Counted from the stretch's first letter, positions 6,268 through 16,195 are shown. The stretch is DNA of 32,000 nucleotides from Geotalea daltonii FRC-32 (GCF_000022265.1 NC_011979.1:3210001-3242000), one strand, 5' to 3'. The notes: generated by a model from the letters alone, not told the origin. Numbers and translations are program-made.

Positions 6268-7881
6268 ATGCTGGTACATGAATTCCTCATCAATTCTGCG
6301 GCACTAAGGCCTGACAAAGCTGCGCTTGTCTGCGGCCAGCAGCGGCTGGCCTACAAAGAGCTGGACATCCTTTCGGACAGGCTGGCGGTAACCCTTGTGG
6401 AAATGGGCATTACGCGGCAAGACAGGGTGATCATCTTCCTGGAAAACTCGCTGGAGTCGGTAATAGCCATGTTTGCAATTCTCAAGGCCGGCGGCGTTTT
6501 CATCATGCTGAACCCGGACATGAAGGCCAACAAACTGAGCTTCATCCTGAAGGATTCCGAGGCGAAGGGTTTAATCGGACACACCGGCAAATTCGCGGTC
6601 ATCAATGACGCCATGATGGATACAAACACTCTTGAAAACATCATCTGGTGCGAAGATGGAGATACGGACCTGCACCTGATGGAACGCTCCACCAGACCTG
6701 ACATGGAGACTATTCTATGGTCAGGGATCATGAATAATCATGGTTCCGTCCCCACGGACAAGCTTCCCAGGTGCATAGATGTGGATCTTGCCACCATCAT
6801 CTACACATCCGGGTCGACCGGCGAGCCAAAAGGGGTCGTCTCCACCCATTACAACATGGTTGCTGCCGCCGCGAGCATCACCTCGTACCTGAAAAACCGG
6901 GAGGACGATATCATCCTCAACACACTGCCGCTCTCCTTCGACTACGGCCTCTACCAGGTAGTCATGGCCGCTCTTTTCGGCGGGACAGTGGTCCTGGAAA
7001 AATCCTTCACCTATCCCTATGCCGTAATCGAACGCCTGGTGCAGGAAAAGGTCACCGGTTTCCCCATTGTGCCCACCATGGTGGCAATATTGCTGCAACT
7101 GGAGAGCCTCGGCAAATACGACTTCAGCTCCCTCAGATATATGACCAACACCGCTGCGGCCCTGCCTGTCTCATACATTGAAAAGCTGCAGGCATTTTTC
7201 CCACATGTAACCATTTTTTCAATGTATGGCCTGACCGAGTGCAAAAGGGTCGCCTATCTTCCCCCGGAAGAGCTGAAACGAAAACCTTCGTCGGTGGGAA
7301 TTGCCATACCCAATGAAGAGGTATTCATTGTCGGCGCCGACGGCAACAGAGTCGGGCCGAAAGAGGTGGGAGAACTGGTAGTTCGAGGCTCCAACGTGAT
7401 GCAAGGCTACTGGAAAAGACCGGAGGAAACGGCAAAAACCTTCAAGCCCGGCAGATACCGGGGCGAGACTCTTCTTTATACCGGCGACCTGTTTACCATG
7501 GATGAAGAAGGCTTCCTTTACTTTGTCGCCCGAAAAGACGACCTGATCAAGACCAGGGGCGAGCGTGTCAGTCCCAAGGAGATAGAGAACTGCCTGTGCT
7601 CCCTGCCCGGGATTGTGGAAGCTGCTGTCATAGGTGTGCCCGATGAGATTCTCGGCCAGGCGATAAAAGCCTTTCTGGTTACAGGAAAAGAAGCCCGATT
7701 GACTCAGGACGACGTTCTGAAACACTGCAGCAAAAATCTGGAGTCATTCATGGTTCCCAAATATCTCGAATTCCATGAAATCTTGCCAAAATCGGCAAGT
7801 GGAAAAATCGACAAGAAAAAATTAAAGACAATGACAGAGTCGAAAGAAGATATCCCGGATCCTCTGCAGGCCCAGCAGTAA
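6268..7881 (+). CDS. AMP-dependent synthetase/ligase (acyl-CoA or acyl-ACP ligase)
   Basis: Adenylation core motifs are present: IIYTSGSTGEPKGV, SMYGLTE, YTGDL, ARKDDLIKTRGERVSP, and the C-terminal catalytic Lys in SGKIDKKKL. The RBS is AAGGAG. Confidence 0.9.
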   Translation: MLVHEFLINSAALRPDKAALVCGQQRLAYKELDILSDRLAVTLVEMGITRQDRVIIFLENSLESVIAMFAILKAGGVFIMLNPDMKANKLSFILKDSEAKGLIGHTGKFAVINDAMMDTNTLENIIWCEDGDTDLHLMERSTRPDMETILWSGIMNNHGSVPTDKLPRCIDVDLATIIYTSGSTGEPKGVVSTHYNMVAAAASITSYLKNREDDIILNTLPLSFDYGLYQVVMAALFGGTVVLEKSFTYPYAVIERLVQEKVTGFPIVPTMVAILLQLESLGKYDFSSLRYMTNTAAALPVSYIEKLQAFFPHVTIFSMYGLTECKRVAYLPPEELKRKPSSVGIAIPNEEVFIVGADGNRVGPKEVGELVVRGSNVMQGYWKRPEETAKTFKPGRYRGETLLYTGDLFTMDEEGFLYFVARKDDLIKTRGERVSPKEIENCLCSLPGIVEAAVIGVPDEILGQAIKAFLVTGKEARLTQDDVLKHCSKNLESFMVPKYLEFHEILPKSASGKIDKKKLKTMTESKEDIPDPLQAQQ

Positions 7882-7912
7882 CGATGAATAAAATGGTGCA
7901 GACGGGAGATCA

Positions 7913-8941
7913 ATGGCCCTGAGAGTCAGACGATATACTCCGGACGATGAAGATGCGTTGTTTACCTTCAGAGAGAAAATATTTCCCGAAGGGCACAAGA
8001 GCCTCGACAGAGCACATTTCCGATGGAAATTCCTTAAACATCCCTATGCCGATGAACTGCCGTTTTTCATCATGGAGCATGATGGCAAAGTGGTAGGCAC
8101 CCAGGGATATTGGCCATTTCTCCTCCGTATCGGCAACAAAAGGATGACCTGCAGCCACCTGGTGGATTTCAATGTGGATGATGCATACAGGGGGTTGCCG
8201 ACACTCAGGCTGTTCAAGGCAGTATGCTCCTGCTCTGAATTGAATTTCGGGGCCTACCTTTCTTCAGATGCGAAACGTTTTTTTGCAGCGGCCAATTGGA
8301 TAGATATAAGTTCGCACCTGAAGAACTATTACTGTTTCATAAGTGCGCCTGCTAAAGCAGGACTGATTGGAAAATCAAGGTCCTTCTTCAGGTCATTGCT
8401 GATCAGTGCCAAACTCAGGGCTTTGACAATTACAAACAGAAGTTACACGTTCAAACTTGAGCCGAACATCCCAACCCAGGCGGATGAAATCCTTCGCCAG
8501 TCACAAAATGAAGAACAGGTATGCTTGGTCAAGGAGAAAAAATTTCTCAACTGGCGCTATGAACCGTCTGTCAGGAGAAAATACAACTTTGCGTCTGTTT
8601 ATCTTGATGGCAGCCTGAAATGCTTCCTGATTTTCAAAATTATTAAAGACAGTGGTTTGAACCGTTGCTTCATCATGGACATTATCCATACTCCAGGGGA
8701 GAAACGGCCGCTGAAAATACTTCTGATTCATCTGGCTGCATATCTTAAAAATACAAGTGACGTGGCTGTATTACAGTCAGCCGCTTTGCCGACATTGGGA
8801 AACCTGTTACTGTCATGTGGCTTTTCAAGCAATGATAGCAATATCGGTTTCATGCTGTCACACAACAGCTATAATTTTACAAAAGAATCAAATAGCTTAT
8901 CAAGGTTCAACTTTGTGTTGGGGGATACGGATTTCTTATAG
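7913..8941 (+). CDS. GNAT-fold acyltransferase (FemAB/CelD-like size class)
   Basis: The N-terminal region RRYTPDDEDALFTFREKIF...FRWKFLKHPY...FIMEHDGKVVGTQG...HLVDFNVDDAYRG resembles GNAT beta4-alpha3. The size is 342 aa. The fold assignment rests on pattern only. Confidence 0.5.
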   Translation: MALRVRRYTPDDEDALFTFREKIFPEGHKSLDRAHFRWKFLKHPYADELPFFIMEHDGKVVGTQGYWPFLLRIGNKRMTCSHLVDFNVDDAYRGLPTLRLFKAVCSCSELNFGAYLSSDAKRFFAAANWIDISSHLKNYYCFISAPAKAGLIGKSRSFFRSLLISAKLRALTITNRSYTFKLEPNIPTQADEILRQSQNEEQVCLVKEKKFLNWRYEPSVRRKYNFASVYLDGSLKCFLIFKIIKDSGLNRCFIMDIIHTPGEKRPLKILLIHLAAYLKNTSDVAVLQSAALPTLGNLLLSCGFSSNDSNIGFMLSHNSYNFTKESNSLSRFNFVLGDTDFL

Positions 8942-8956
8942 ATTCAGAGGGAAACA

Positions 8957-9928
8957 ATGAGAAACCTGATCAGAAACATCAAATTCAATATTAAAAAATC
9001 ACTGGTAGAGATGAAGCCGATCATTCTGACTTATCACAGCATCCATAGCGGGAATCTCCCATTCCCTATCTGGACCCAGCTGGATTATCTTTATTTCGAA
9101 CAACATTTACAGTTCCTATCCTCCAATTTCAACTGTATCAGTCTTGAAAGCCTGCAGAAACAGATACAAAATGGAAATTTCGAGCCCTATTCGGTTGTTG
9201 TTACCTTTGATGATGGTTATCACAATAACTTCTTTAATGCATATCCCTTGTTACTGAAATACAAAATACCGGCTACCATTTTTGTAACAGCAGGCTTTGT
9301 CGATAAAGACGAATATATCTGGTCTGATAAGATTGCCGCTATTTTGTCGCTTTTGGACAATGTGGCAATCGACCTGAATGATGTGACTGTAAAAATTGAA
9401 TCGGTAAAGGACAAGGCCGTTGCATACCGTATGATAGTCAACCGGTTCAAGGCGCTGCATCCCGACGAGATCAAGACCTCCATCAGCAACCTGATGGAAT
9501 ACTTCGGGGTATCGGAGGAGAACCTGAAAACACCCCTCCTCAAATCCTGTTTCGGTCACCTGGACTGGGACGAGATCATTATAATGCGCGATTCAGGATT
9601 GATCGAGATAGGTTCCCACGGAATGTCCCATTCCATATTGGCCCGCCTGTCCGATAAGGAAGCCAAGGCGGAAATTTTTCAGTCCAAAAACACCATCGAG
9701 ACCAAACTGGCGCGTTTTGGGCCGGTAAAATTCTTCGCCTATCCCAATGGGGGTGAAAACGATTTCACCAGGGCTCACCGGAATCTTCTCATCGAATCCA
9801 ACTATCAAGGGGTCCTGACCACCAGAATCAACCGTGTCGACCAAGGTTCGGACTGCTTCGAACTGCCCAGGGTCTGCATCGGCGACGAATGCAGCGTCAA
9901 CTATCTGCGCTACCTCATGTGTCAGTGA
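8957..9928 (+). CDS. Polysaccharide deacetylase (NodB-homology domain)
   Basis: VVVTFDDGYHNN carries the NodB TFDD metal and catalytic motif. IEIGSHGMSHS carries the His motif. AYPNGG is also present. Confidence 0.85.
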   Translation: MRNLIRNIKFNIKKSLVEMKPIILTYHSIHSGNLPFPIWTQLDYLYFEQHLQFLSSNFNCISLESLQKQIQNGNFEPYSVVVTFDDGYHNNFFNAYPLLLKYKIPATIFVTAGFVDKDEYIWSDKIAAILSLLDNVAIDLNDVTVKIESVKDKAVAYRMIVNRFKALHPDEIKTSISNLMEYFGVSEENLKTPLLKSCFGHLDWDEIIIMRDSGLIEIGSHGMSHSILARLSDKEAKAEIFQSKNTIETKLARFGPVKFFAYPNGGENDFTRAHRNLLIESNYQGVLTTRINRVDQGSDCFELPRVCIGDECSVNYLRYLMCQ

Positions 9929-9950
9929 CAACCTTCAACAAGGAAACCGT

Positions 9951-10736
9951 ATGAAAGAAATGATCAACGAGCTTATCCATTACAGGGAATTGCTGTATAT
10001 ACTGACCTGGCGCGACATAAAAATACGCTACAAACAGTCAGTCATGGGCTTTATGTGGGCGGTGTTCATGCCCATGCTCATTGTTGCGGCCGGAATCATC
10101 ATGAAACTGGTTTTTTCGTTCATCTCGGGCAAGCCCTTCAATGCCATGGATCTGGCATCCATTTCCGTCAAGGCCCTGCCCTGGTCCTTCTTCATCGGGT
10201 CCATCAGATTTTCCACTATCTGCCTTACGGCCAATTCCAATCTTGTGTCCAAGATCTATTTTCCACGGGAGATATTTCCCCTGGCGGCAATTCTGGCCAA
10301 TCTTTTCGATTTCGCCATAGCAGCAAGCGCCCTGGCCGTGATCCTGACCATCAGCAATATCGGCATAAGCCTGAACATTCTATGGCTTCCGGTCCTGCTT
10401 TTCCTGCTGGTCCTGTTAACGGCAGGCATTGCCTTTGTCCTTTCCTGTGCCAATCTCTTCTTCAGGGACGTTAAATACATCGTCGAGGTTATCCTAACCT
10501 TTGCCATTTTCTTTACGCCGGTTTTTTATGAAGCTTCCCTGTTCGGCAAATGGTCGAGCCTGCTCCTGATCAATCCAGTGGGGTCCATTCTGGAAGCCAT
10601 CAACAACGTGGTAGTTCTCCATCAACCTCCCGACCTGTTCTGGCTTGGTTATGCAGCAACCTTTAGTTTGTGCCTTTTTGTCGTCAGCTGGTTCGTTTTC
10701 CACCGCTCGGAATTCCTGTTTGCCGAACGCATTTAA
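9951..10736 (+). CDS. ABC-2 type polysaccharide exporter, permease (Wzm/TagG/KpsM/NodJ class)
   Basis: The ATG at 9951 follows AAGGAAAC. The longer ORF from 9834 would overlap the deacetylase gene. The N-terminus ELLYILTWRDIKIRYKQSVMGFMWAVFMPML is the typical ABC-2 start, followed by about 6 hydrophobic segments. Confidence 0.85.
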   Translation: MKEMINELIHYRELLYILTWRDIKIRYKQSVMGFMWAVFMPMLIVAAGIIMKLVFSFISGKPFNAMDLASISVKALPWSFFIGSIRFSTICLTANSNLVSKIYFPREIFPLAAILANLFDFAIAASALAVILTISNIGISLNILWLPVLLFLLVLLTAGIAFVLSCANLFFRDVKYIVEVILTFAIFFTPVFYEASLFGKWSSLLLINPVGSILEAINNVVVLHQPPDLFWLGYAATFSLCLFVVSWFVFHRSEFLFAERI

Positions 10737-10756
10737 CCTTAAGAGGATCCATTATC

Positions 10757-11950
10757 GTGTCAGAAATAGCATTGGAATTAAACAGCGTCTGGAAGAAATT
10801 CGTCAAGGGGGAGCGCTACGACTCGCTCAGAGACCTGATCCCTGCCATTTTCAAAAACACCTTTTCCAACAACCGGACATCGGAACTGTCGGGCATGGAA
10901 TTCTGGGCTTTGACCGATATCTCCTTTCAGGTCCGCCGGGGAGAAGCCCTGGGCATCATCGGCCCTAACGGCTCCGGCAAGAGCACCACCCTCAAGATCC
11001 TGAGCGGCATCCTACGCCCGACCACCGGCAAGATAACCGTTAACGGCAGGCTGAGCGCCCTTATCGAGGTGGGAGCCGGATTTCATCAGGACCTGACCGG
11101 ACGGGAGAACATTTTCCTCAACGGCTCGATTCTCGGCATGAAAAAGGATGAGATCAAGCGAAGAATGGACGAGATCATCGAGTTCTCAGGTATCTCCGAG
11201 TTCATTGACACTCCGGTAAAACGCTTTTCATCGGGCATGTATGCCCGTCTTGGGTTTTCCATTGCTGCCCATGTGGACCCGGAAATACTCCTGGTGGATG
11301 AGGTGCTGAGCGTGGGGGACATGTGGTTCCAGGAAAAATGCCTGGAAAAGATGCTCTCCTTCAAGAACAAGGACATCGCCATTATTTTCGTTTCCCACAA
11401 CTTGGAGTCGGTCAATGTTCTCTGCAGCAAAACGGCATTGATCAAAAAGGGCGTCCTGAGGAAAATCGGCGATACAGCTGAAACGATCAGGGAATATATC
11501 TGCTCCAATCAAGAAGATACGGTGGATACCTTGACTGAAAATTCCATCTCCAATGTGAAGCTGTTGAACATGAAAAACGAGTTGGTCTCCATCTGTTATC
11601 CCGAACAGAAGTGCCGGCTGACCTTCAAGATCAAATGCGACAAGCCCTTCAAGGAGTGCCAGATGGGCTTTCTAATCCACCGGTTGTCCGATGGATTGAG
11701 TATCTGCGACTACAACTTGTCGTTGAATTCCATAAAAACCACGGACAACAATGGGGATACGGCAGACGGCGCCATCGACTTCGATATCAATCTGCTGAGA
11801 GGGTCATATTCCGTGTCCTTACATCTGTATCATTACCCAAGCGCCACATTTCTCACCCGGGTGAAGAACATCGCCTATTTCAGTGTCGAAGAACGGGTAA
11901 GCTGGCATGGAGTTACCCATATCAGCCCACTCATTCATTCCATCGGATAA
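10757..11950 (+). CDS. ABC polysaccharide exporter ATPase (Wzt/TagH class) with extra C-terminal, Wzt_C-like domain
   Basis: The GTG at 10757 follows AAGAGGA. ABC motifs are Walker A GPNGSGKST, signature FSSGMYARLGFS and Walker B ILLVDEVLSVGD. About 150 further residues follow the ABC domain (ISNVKLLNMKNE...SYSVSLHLYHY...IAYFSVEE). Confidence 0.85.
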   Translation: MSEIALELNSVWKKFVKGERYDSLRDLIPAIFKNTFSNNRTSELSGMEFWALTDISFQVRRGEALGIIGPNGSGKSTTLKILSGILRPTTGKITVNGRLSALIEVGAGFHQDLTGRENIFLNGSILGMKKDEIKRRMDEIIEFSGISEFIDTPVKRFSSGMYARLGFSIAAHVDPEILLVDEVLSVGDMWFQEKCLEKMLSFKNKDIAIIFVSHNLESVNVLCSKTALIKKGVLRKIGDTAETIREYICSNQEDTVDTLTENSISNVKLLNMKNELVSICYPEQKCRLTFKIKCDKPFKECQMGFLIHRLSDGLSICDYNLSLNSIKTTDNNGDTADGAIDFDINLLRGSYSVSLHLYHYPSATFLTRVKNIAYFSVEERVSWHGVTHISPLIHSIG

Positions 11951-11953
11951 AGA

Positions 11954-12949
11954 ATGCCTATTATTTCGGTAATAATACCTGCTTATAACTGTGAATCCTT
12001 CATTGGTAAGGCAATTTCCTCTGTCCGGACCCAGACCATGCAGGATTTTGAAATCGTGGTGGTCGATGATGGTTCGACCGACCGCACCCTGTCCGTGGTT
12101 GAATCCTTGGCCAGGCAGGATAAAAGGATCAAGATTGTTTCCCAAAAGAATTCGGGCAAACCTTCAGTTACAAGGAATGTGGGCATCAGGAATTCATCGG
12201 GGGAGTATCTCTGTTTCCTCGATGGTGATGATTTCTATCTCCCGAGGAAACTTGAAAAGGAACTGGAGATACTGCGTAAATATCCCGCCGTGGATCTGGT
12301 ATTCCATGATGTCCTGGAGCAGACGGATCGCCATGCTCCCATGGAGGGTAGCTATCTGGGGAGAGCAGGTTTTCCCGCCAATGCCGCCGACTATATCTTC
12401 AGGGTTGAAGATGGCGTTTACCTGTGCAGAGAGAACTTTTACAACTTCATGTCCGCCTGTTGCGCCACGATCCTCATGTCGGCGCCCATGCTGAAAAGAG
12501 CCTGTCTGGACTCGCAAATGGTCTGGTTTCCCGAATTCATGACCATCGGCGAAGATATCGATTTGTGGTTCCGGCTTGCCATGAGCTACGGCTTTGCCTA
12601 TCTGGACGAATCCCTGAGCTGTTACCGGCGCCATGACAAGAGCATTACCAAAAACGTGGAGAGTTTTCTCAAGGGTTCCATAGAAGTCCATAACCGCAAT
12701 TACCAGCGGGGATGCCACCTGTTCACAAAGGGGGAAAAAATCAGGTACAAGAGCAGGATCAGCGCGCTGCACTGGCACCTGGCCTATTATTTGTACAGTA
12801 AATTTGAAATGACCGCGGCCAGAAAGGAAATAATCAACAGTTTGAAACTGAATTTTACCTTTAAGGCTCTGTTTACCTTTGTTAAGAGTTTGCTGCCCTT
12901 GAACATCATTAGATTCTGCAAGGCGTATTCCCAAAGACAGACTGTCTGA
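11954..12949 (+). CDS. Glycosyltransferase family 2 (paralog 1 of 3)
   Basis: ISVIIPAYNCESFI...VVVDDGSTD...SGKPSVTRN...CFLDGDDFY is the GT-A DxD pattern. The size is 331 aa. Confidence 0.9.
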   Translation: MPIISVIIPAYNCESFIGKAISSVRTQTMQDFEIVVVDDGSTDRTLSVVESLARQDKRIKIVSQKNSGKPSVTRNVGIRNSSGEYLCFLDGDDFYLPRKLEKELEILRKYPAVDLVFHDVLEQTDRHAPMEGSYLGRAGFPANAADYIFRVEDGVYLCRENFYNFMSACCATILMSAPMLKRACLDSQMVWFPEFMTIGEDIDLWFRLAMSYGFAYLDESLSCYRRHDKSITKNVESFLKGSIEVHNRNYQRGCHLFTKGEKIRYKSRISALHWHLAYYLYSKFEMTAARKEIINSLKLNFTFKALFTFVKSLLPLNIIRFCKAYSQRQTV

Positions 12950-13031
12950 AATGGAGGGATTCAATATACTGAAACGATAACGGAGGGCATCAGCATATGA
13001 CAACCAGATCTTCCCACTTGAGGTTATATCT

Positions 13032-14018
13032 ATGCCAAAAATATCTGTCGTTATCCCGGTTTTCAATTGCGAAACCTACATAGAGGAAGCACTGAAGTCG
13101 GTTCAGACACAGCGTGTACAGGATCTCGAGATTATTGTCGTAAATGACGGATCGACTGACGGGACCTTATCCGTCGTCGAGGCGCTTGCCGAAATGGATA
13201 AAAGAGTCAGGATCATTACCCAGGCAAATTCGGGCAAACCTGCTGTAGCAAGAAATGCAGGTCTCAGGCATGCCGCCGGAGAATACATCTGTTTTTTGGA
13301 TGGAGATGACCTTTTCCTGCCGGGAAAACTGGAAAAACAACTGGAAATTTTCCGACGGTTTCCCGAGCTGAACCTGGTCTTCCATGACATACGATATCTA
13401 TATGAAAACAACCGGCATGACCTGGAAAGCTACCTGGGCAACGCCGGATTCATTGAGTCGGCGAAAGAATATCTGGCACCGATACAAGGGAACATCTACC
13501 TGTGCCGGGAAAACTTCTACAACTTCATATCCGCATATTTCCTCTGCATTCATACCTCGGCGGTCATGGCCAGAAGATCATGCCTTGACGACCAAAGCAC
13601 CTGGTTTCCCGAAGACGTCACCATTGGCGAAGATGCCGACCTGTGGTTCAGGCTGGTATTGTCAAACCGTGTTGCGTTTTTGAATGAAATCCTCAGCTAT
13701 TATCGGCAGCACAGCACCAGCATCACCAGCAACATGGCCGACTATCTCCAGGGATCGATCCTGGTGCACCGCCGGAATCTCAAGCGGGGGGAGAATCTGT
13801 TTACCCCTGGGGAAAAGAGGCTGTACGAGGAGAAGATCCGCGGGTATCACTGGCACTACGGCTATCTCCTGTACAGCAACTACGAAATGGAAGGAGCACG
13901 AAGGGAATATATGGATGCACTGAAACTGGGATATTCCACAAAAGCGGTGGTTGCCGTTGCCAAAACCATGCTGCCCAGGTCTTTCGTCAGATTCTGCAAG
14001 ACCTGCCTGAGAGGATAA
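13032..14018 (+). CDS. Glycosyltransferase family 2 (paralog 2 of 3)
   Basis: ISVVIPVFNCETYI...IVVNDGSTDGT...SGKPAVARN...CFLDGDDLF. The protein is collinear with its neighbours over the full length. Confidence 0.9.
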   Translation: MPKISVVIPVFNCETYIEEALKSVQTQRVQDLEIIVVNDGSTDGTLSVVEALAEMDKRVRIITQANSGKPAVARNAGLRHAAGEYICFLDGDDLFLPGKLEKQLEIFRRFPELNLVFHDIRYLYENNRHDLESYLGNAGFIESAKEYLAPIQGNIYLCRENFYNFISAYFLCIHTSAVMARRSCLDDQSTWFPEDVTIGEDADLWFRLVLSNRVAFLNEILSYYRQHSTSITSNMADYLQGSILVHRRNLKRGENLFTPGEKRLYEEKIRGYHWHYGYLLYSNYEMEGARREYMDALKLGYSTKAVVAVAKTMLPRSFVRFCKTCLRG

Positions 14019-14022
14019 CCCC

Positions 14023-15015
14023 ATGCCCGAAGTTTCCATCATCATACCCGCATACAATTGCGAGCGTTACATAGGCCAGGCAATAGAATCGGTACTATGC
14101 CAGGGAGTGCGGAACCTGGAACTGCTTGTCATAAACGACGGCTCCACCGACGGCACTCTTTCTGTCGCCAACTCCCTGGCAGAAAAAGACAGCAGAATCC
14201 GCGTCCTCTCCCAGGCGAATTCGGGAAAGCCCGCAATTGCCCGCAATGCCGGGATACGGCAATCATCGGGGGAATTCATCTGCTTCCTCGATGCGGACGA
14301 TCTGTTCTTCCCCCGGAAACTGGAGAAGCAACTGGACGTTTTCCGACGATACCCCCACCTCAAACTGGTCTTTCACGATGTTAAAAATCTTTACGAAAAC
14401 GGGGAAGAGAGCGGCAGCTACCTGGGACGGGCCGAATTCCGTGATCATGTGGGCAACTACGTCAGCCGCGAAAGGGATGGACTTTATCTGTGCAACGGCA
14501 ATTTTTACAACTTCATGTCCGCCCATTGCCCGAGTCTGGCCATACAGAACGTAATGGTACGCCGCGCAGCCCTGGAAGCTCAAAGCACATGGTTTCCCGA
14601 AGATATGAAGATCGGCGAGGACCTGGACCTGTGGTTCAGACTGGCCCTCAATACCCCCATGGCATGCATTATGGAACCACTGAGCTATTACAGGCGGCAC
14701 GACAGCAACATTACCAATAATCTGTCAGGATATTTCAGGGGGTCTCTGGAGGTACACGAAAAAAACCTCAAGCGCGGCGCCAAACTGTTCACCAGGCAGG
14801 AAAAGGACATTTACAAAAGCAAGATATCAGCCCAGCATTTCCATTACGGTTACTACCTGTACCGAAACATGGACATGAAATCCGCACGTCAGGAATATAT
14901 GAGTTCTCTTGGGCTGCAGCCGACACGAAAGGCCCTGTTCGCCCTTCTCAAAACCTTTATCCCCGCAAGGGTCATAAAGTCGTGCAGATACTACCTTAAG
15001 ACAGATGAAGCCTGA
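14023..15015 (+). CDS. Glycosyltransferase family 2 (paralog 3 of 3)
   Basis: VSIIIPAYNCERYI...LVINDGSTDGT...SGKPAIARN...CFLDADDLF. The protein is collinear with its neighbours over the full length. Confidence 0.9.
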   Translation: MPEVSIIIPAYNCERYIGQAIESVLCQGVRNLELLVINDGSTDGTLSVANSLAEKDSRIRVLSQANSGKPAIARNAGIRQSSGEFICFLDADDLFFPRKLEKQLDVFRRYPHLKLVFHDVKNLYENGEESGSYLGRAEFRDHVGNYVSRERDGLYLCNGNFYNFMSAHCPSLAIQNVMVRRAALEAQSTWFPEDMKIGEDLDLWFRLALNTPMACIMEPLSYYRRHDSNITNNLSGYFRGSLEVHEKNLKRGAKLFTRQEKDIYKSKISAQHFHYGYYLYRNMDMKSARQEYMSSLGLQPTRKALFALLKTFIPARVIKSCRYYLKTDEA

Positions 15016-16195
15016 AGATACCCGGAATCACTTGCCCGGCTACCTGTTGGTCATTCCCTGGGACCTATCATTCGTGGGAGGGGTCAACGAGGTCGTAAGG
15101 AACCTCTATCGGGAATTCCAGGAGCAGCATATTGTCGTCCCGTCAGTCCTGATTCCCCGATGGGAATGCAAGAGGCTGTCGAGGCAGCAGCTTGACGGCA
15201 GGATCACCTTCAATCTCAGGATGCCGGCGCCTCCTCTACCGGGCAACGACCTTGCCAAAAAATATGCGTCGTTTCTTGTGGGAGCGCCTAAGGCTCTGCT
15301 GCAGCTGCACCAGCTCTTGAAAAATGACCATATCCCTGTGGTCAATCCCCATTATCCGGGTCCCTACTTGATTCACTTCGCCCTGTTGAAGAAGATCTTC
15401 CCGGACCTTTTCCGCTTCGTCATCTCCTGCCACGGCAGCGACGTCCTGGCCATGGAAAACGGGACCCCCGGCACAACCACCACCCGCTGGATCCTCAAAT
15501 GGGCAGACGCGGTTACCGTCCCGAGCCGCTCCCTCGCCACAAAGCTTGCGGTGGCGGTACCGGAAATATCTGAAAAGATCACCTGCATCTACAACGGCAT
15601 CGGCCGGGACAAGTTTCTCTGCCGCAAAGAATGTGATCCGTATTCCGGGATGCAGCGCAGATACATCATTCACGTGGGATCTTTCGAGCGGGTAAAGGGA
15701 CAGGATGTTCTTCTCCGTGCCTTCAAACGCGTCCACGACATCAACAGAGATATGAGACTAGTCCTGGTGGGGCGCAGCGGCAAACTTCTTCCCGAAATAG
15801 AGACGATGAGCAATGCATTGGGAATCGCCGATGCCGTATCGATCATGACCGACGTTGCACCCGAGAAGATTCCACCCCTGCTGGAACAGGCTCAGCTCGT
15901 GGCGCTTCCGTCCCGTTACGAGGGAGGCATTCCCCTTGTCCTAATGGAAGCAGGTGCCGTAGGCAAAGCAGTCATCGCTACTGACGTCGGCGGTAACAGC
16001 GAGTTGATCGACTCCGGGCGGAACGGTCTTCTCGTGCCGCCGGAAAATCCCCAGGTGCTGGCACAGGCCATGCTGACCCTTCTCGAAAACCCTCAACTGA
16101 TGCTAGAGATGGGGAACAATCTTTACGATACCGTCTCCGGTTCATTCTCCTGGAAGATGACCGCCTGCCGATATCTTGAACTGGCCCTGCAGTGA
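15005..16195 (+). CDS. Glycosyltransferase family 4 (GT-B, group 1)
   Basis: The C-terminal motif PSRYEGGIPLVLMEAGAVGKAVIATDVGGNSELIDSGRNGLLVPPEN is the E-x7-E region. The start overlaps the previous gene by 11 nt, so the exact start is uncertain. Confidence 0.8.
   Translation: MKPEDTRNHLPGYLLVIPWDLSFVGGVNEVVRNLYREFQEQHIVVPSVLIPRWECKRLSRQQLDGRITFNLRMPAPPLPGNDLAKKYASFLVGAPKALLQLHQLLKNDHIPVVNPHYPGPYLIHFALLKKIFPDLFRFVISCHGSDVLAMENGTPGTTTTRWILKWADAVTVPSRSLATKLAVAVPEISEKITCIYNGIGRDKFLCRKECDPYSGMQRRYIIHVGSFERVKGQDVLLRAFKRVHDINRDMRLVLVGRSGKLLPEIETMSNALGIADAVSIMTDVAPEKIPPLLEQAQLVALPSRYEGGIPLVLMEAGAVGKAVIATDVGGNSELIDSGRNGLLVPPENPQVLAQAMLTLLENPQLMLEMGNNLYDTVSGSFSWKMTACRYLELALQ

Noticed and set aside
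12194-13066. A 290-aa ORF on the minus strand that spans the end of GT2 paralog 1 and the start of paralog 2
   Set aside because: It is antisense to two well-supported GT2 genes, and no recognisable motif was seen in its translation. It crosses an intergenic gap and has no RBS context. It is a typical shadow ORF opposite GC-rich coding sequence.
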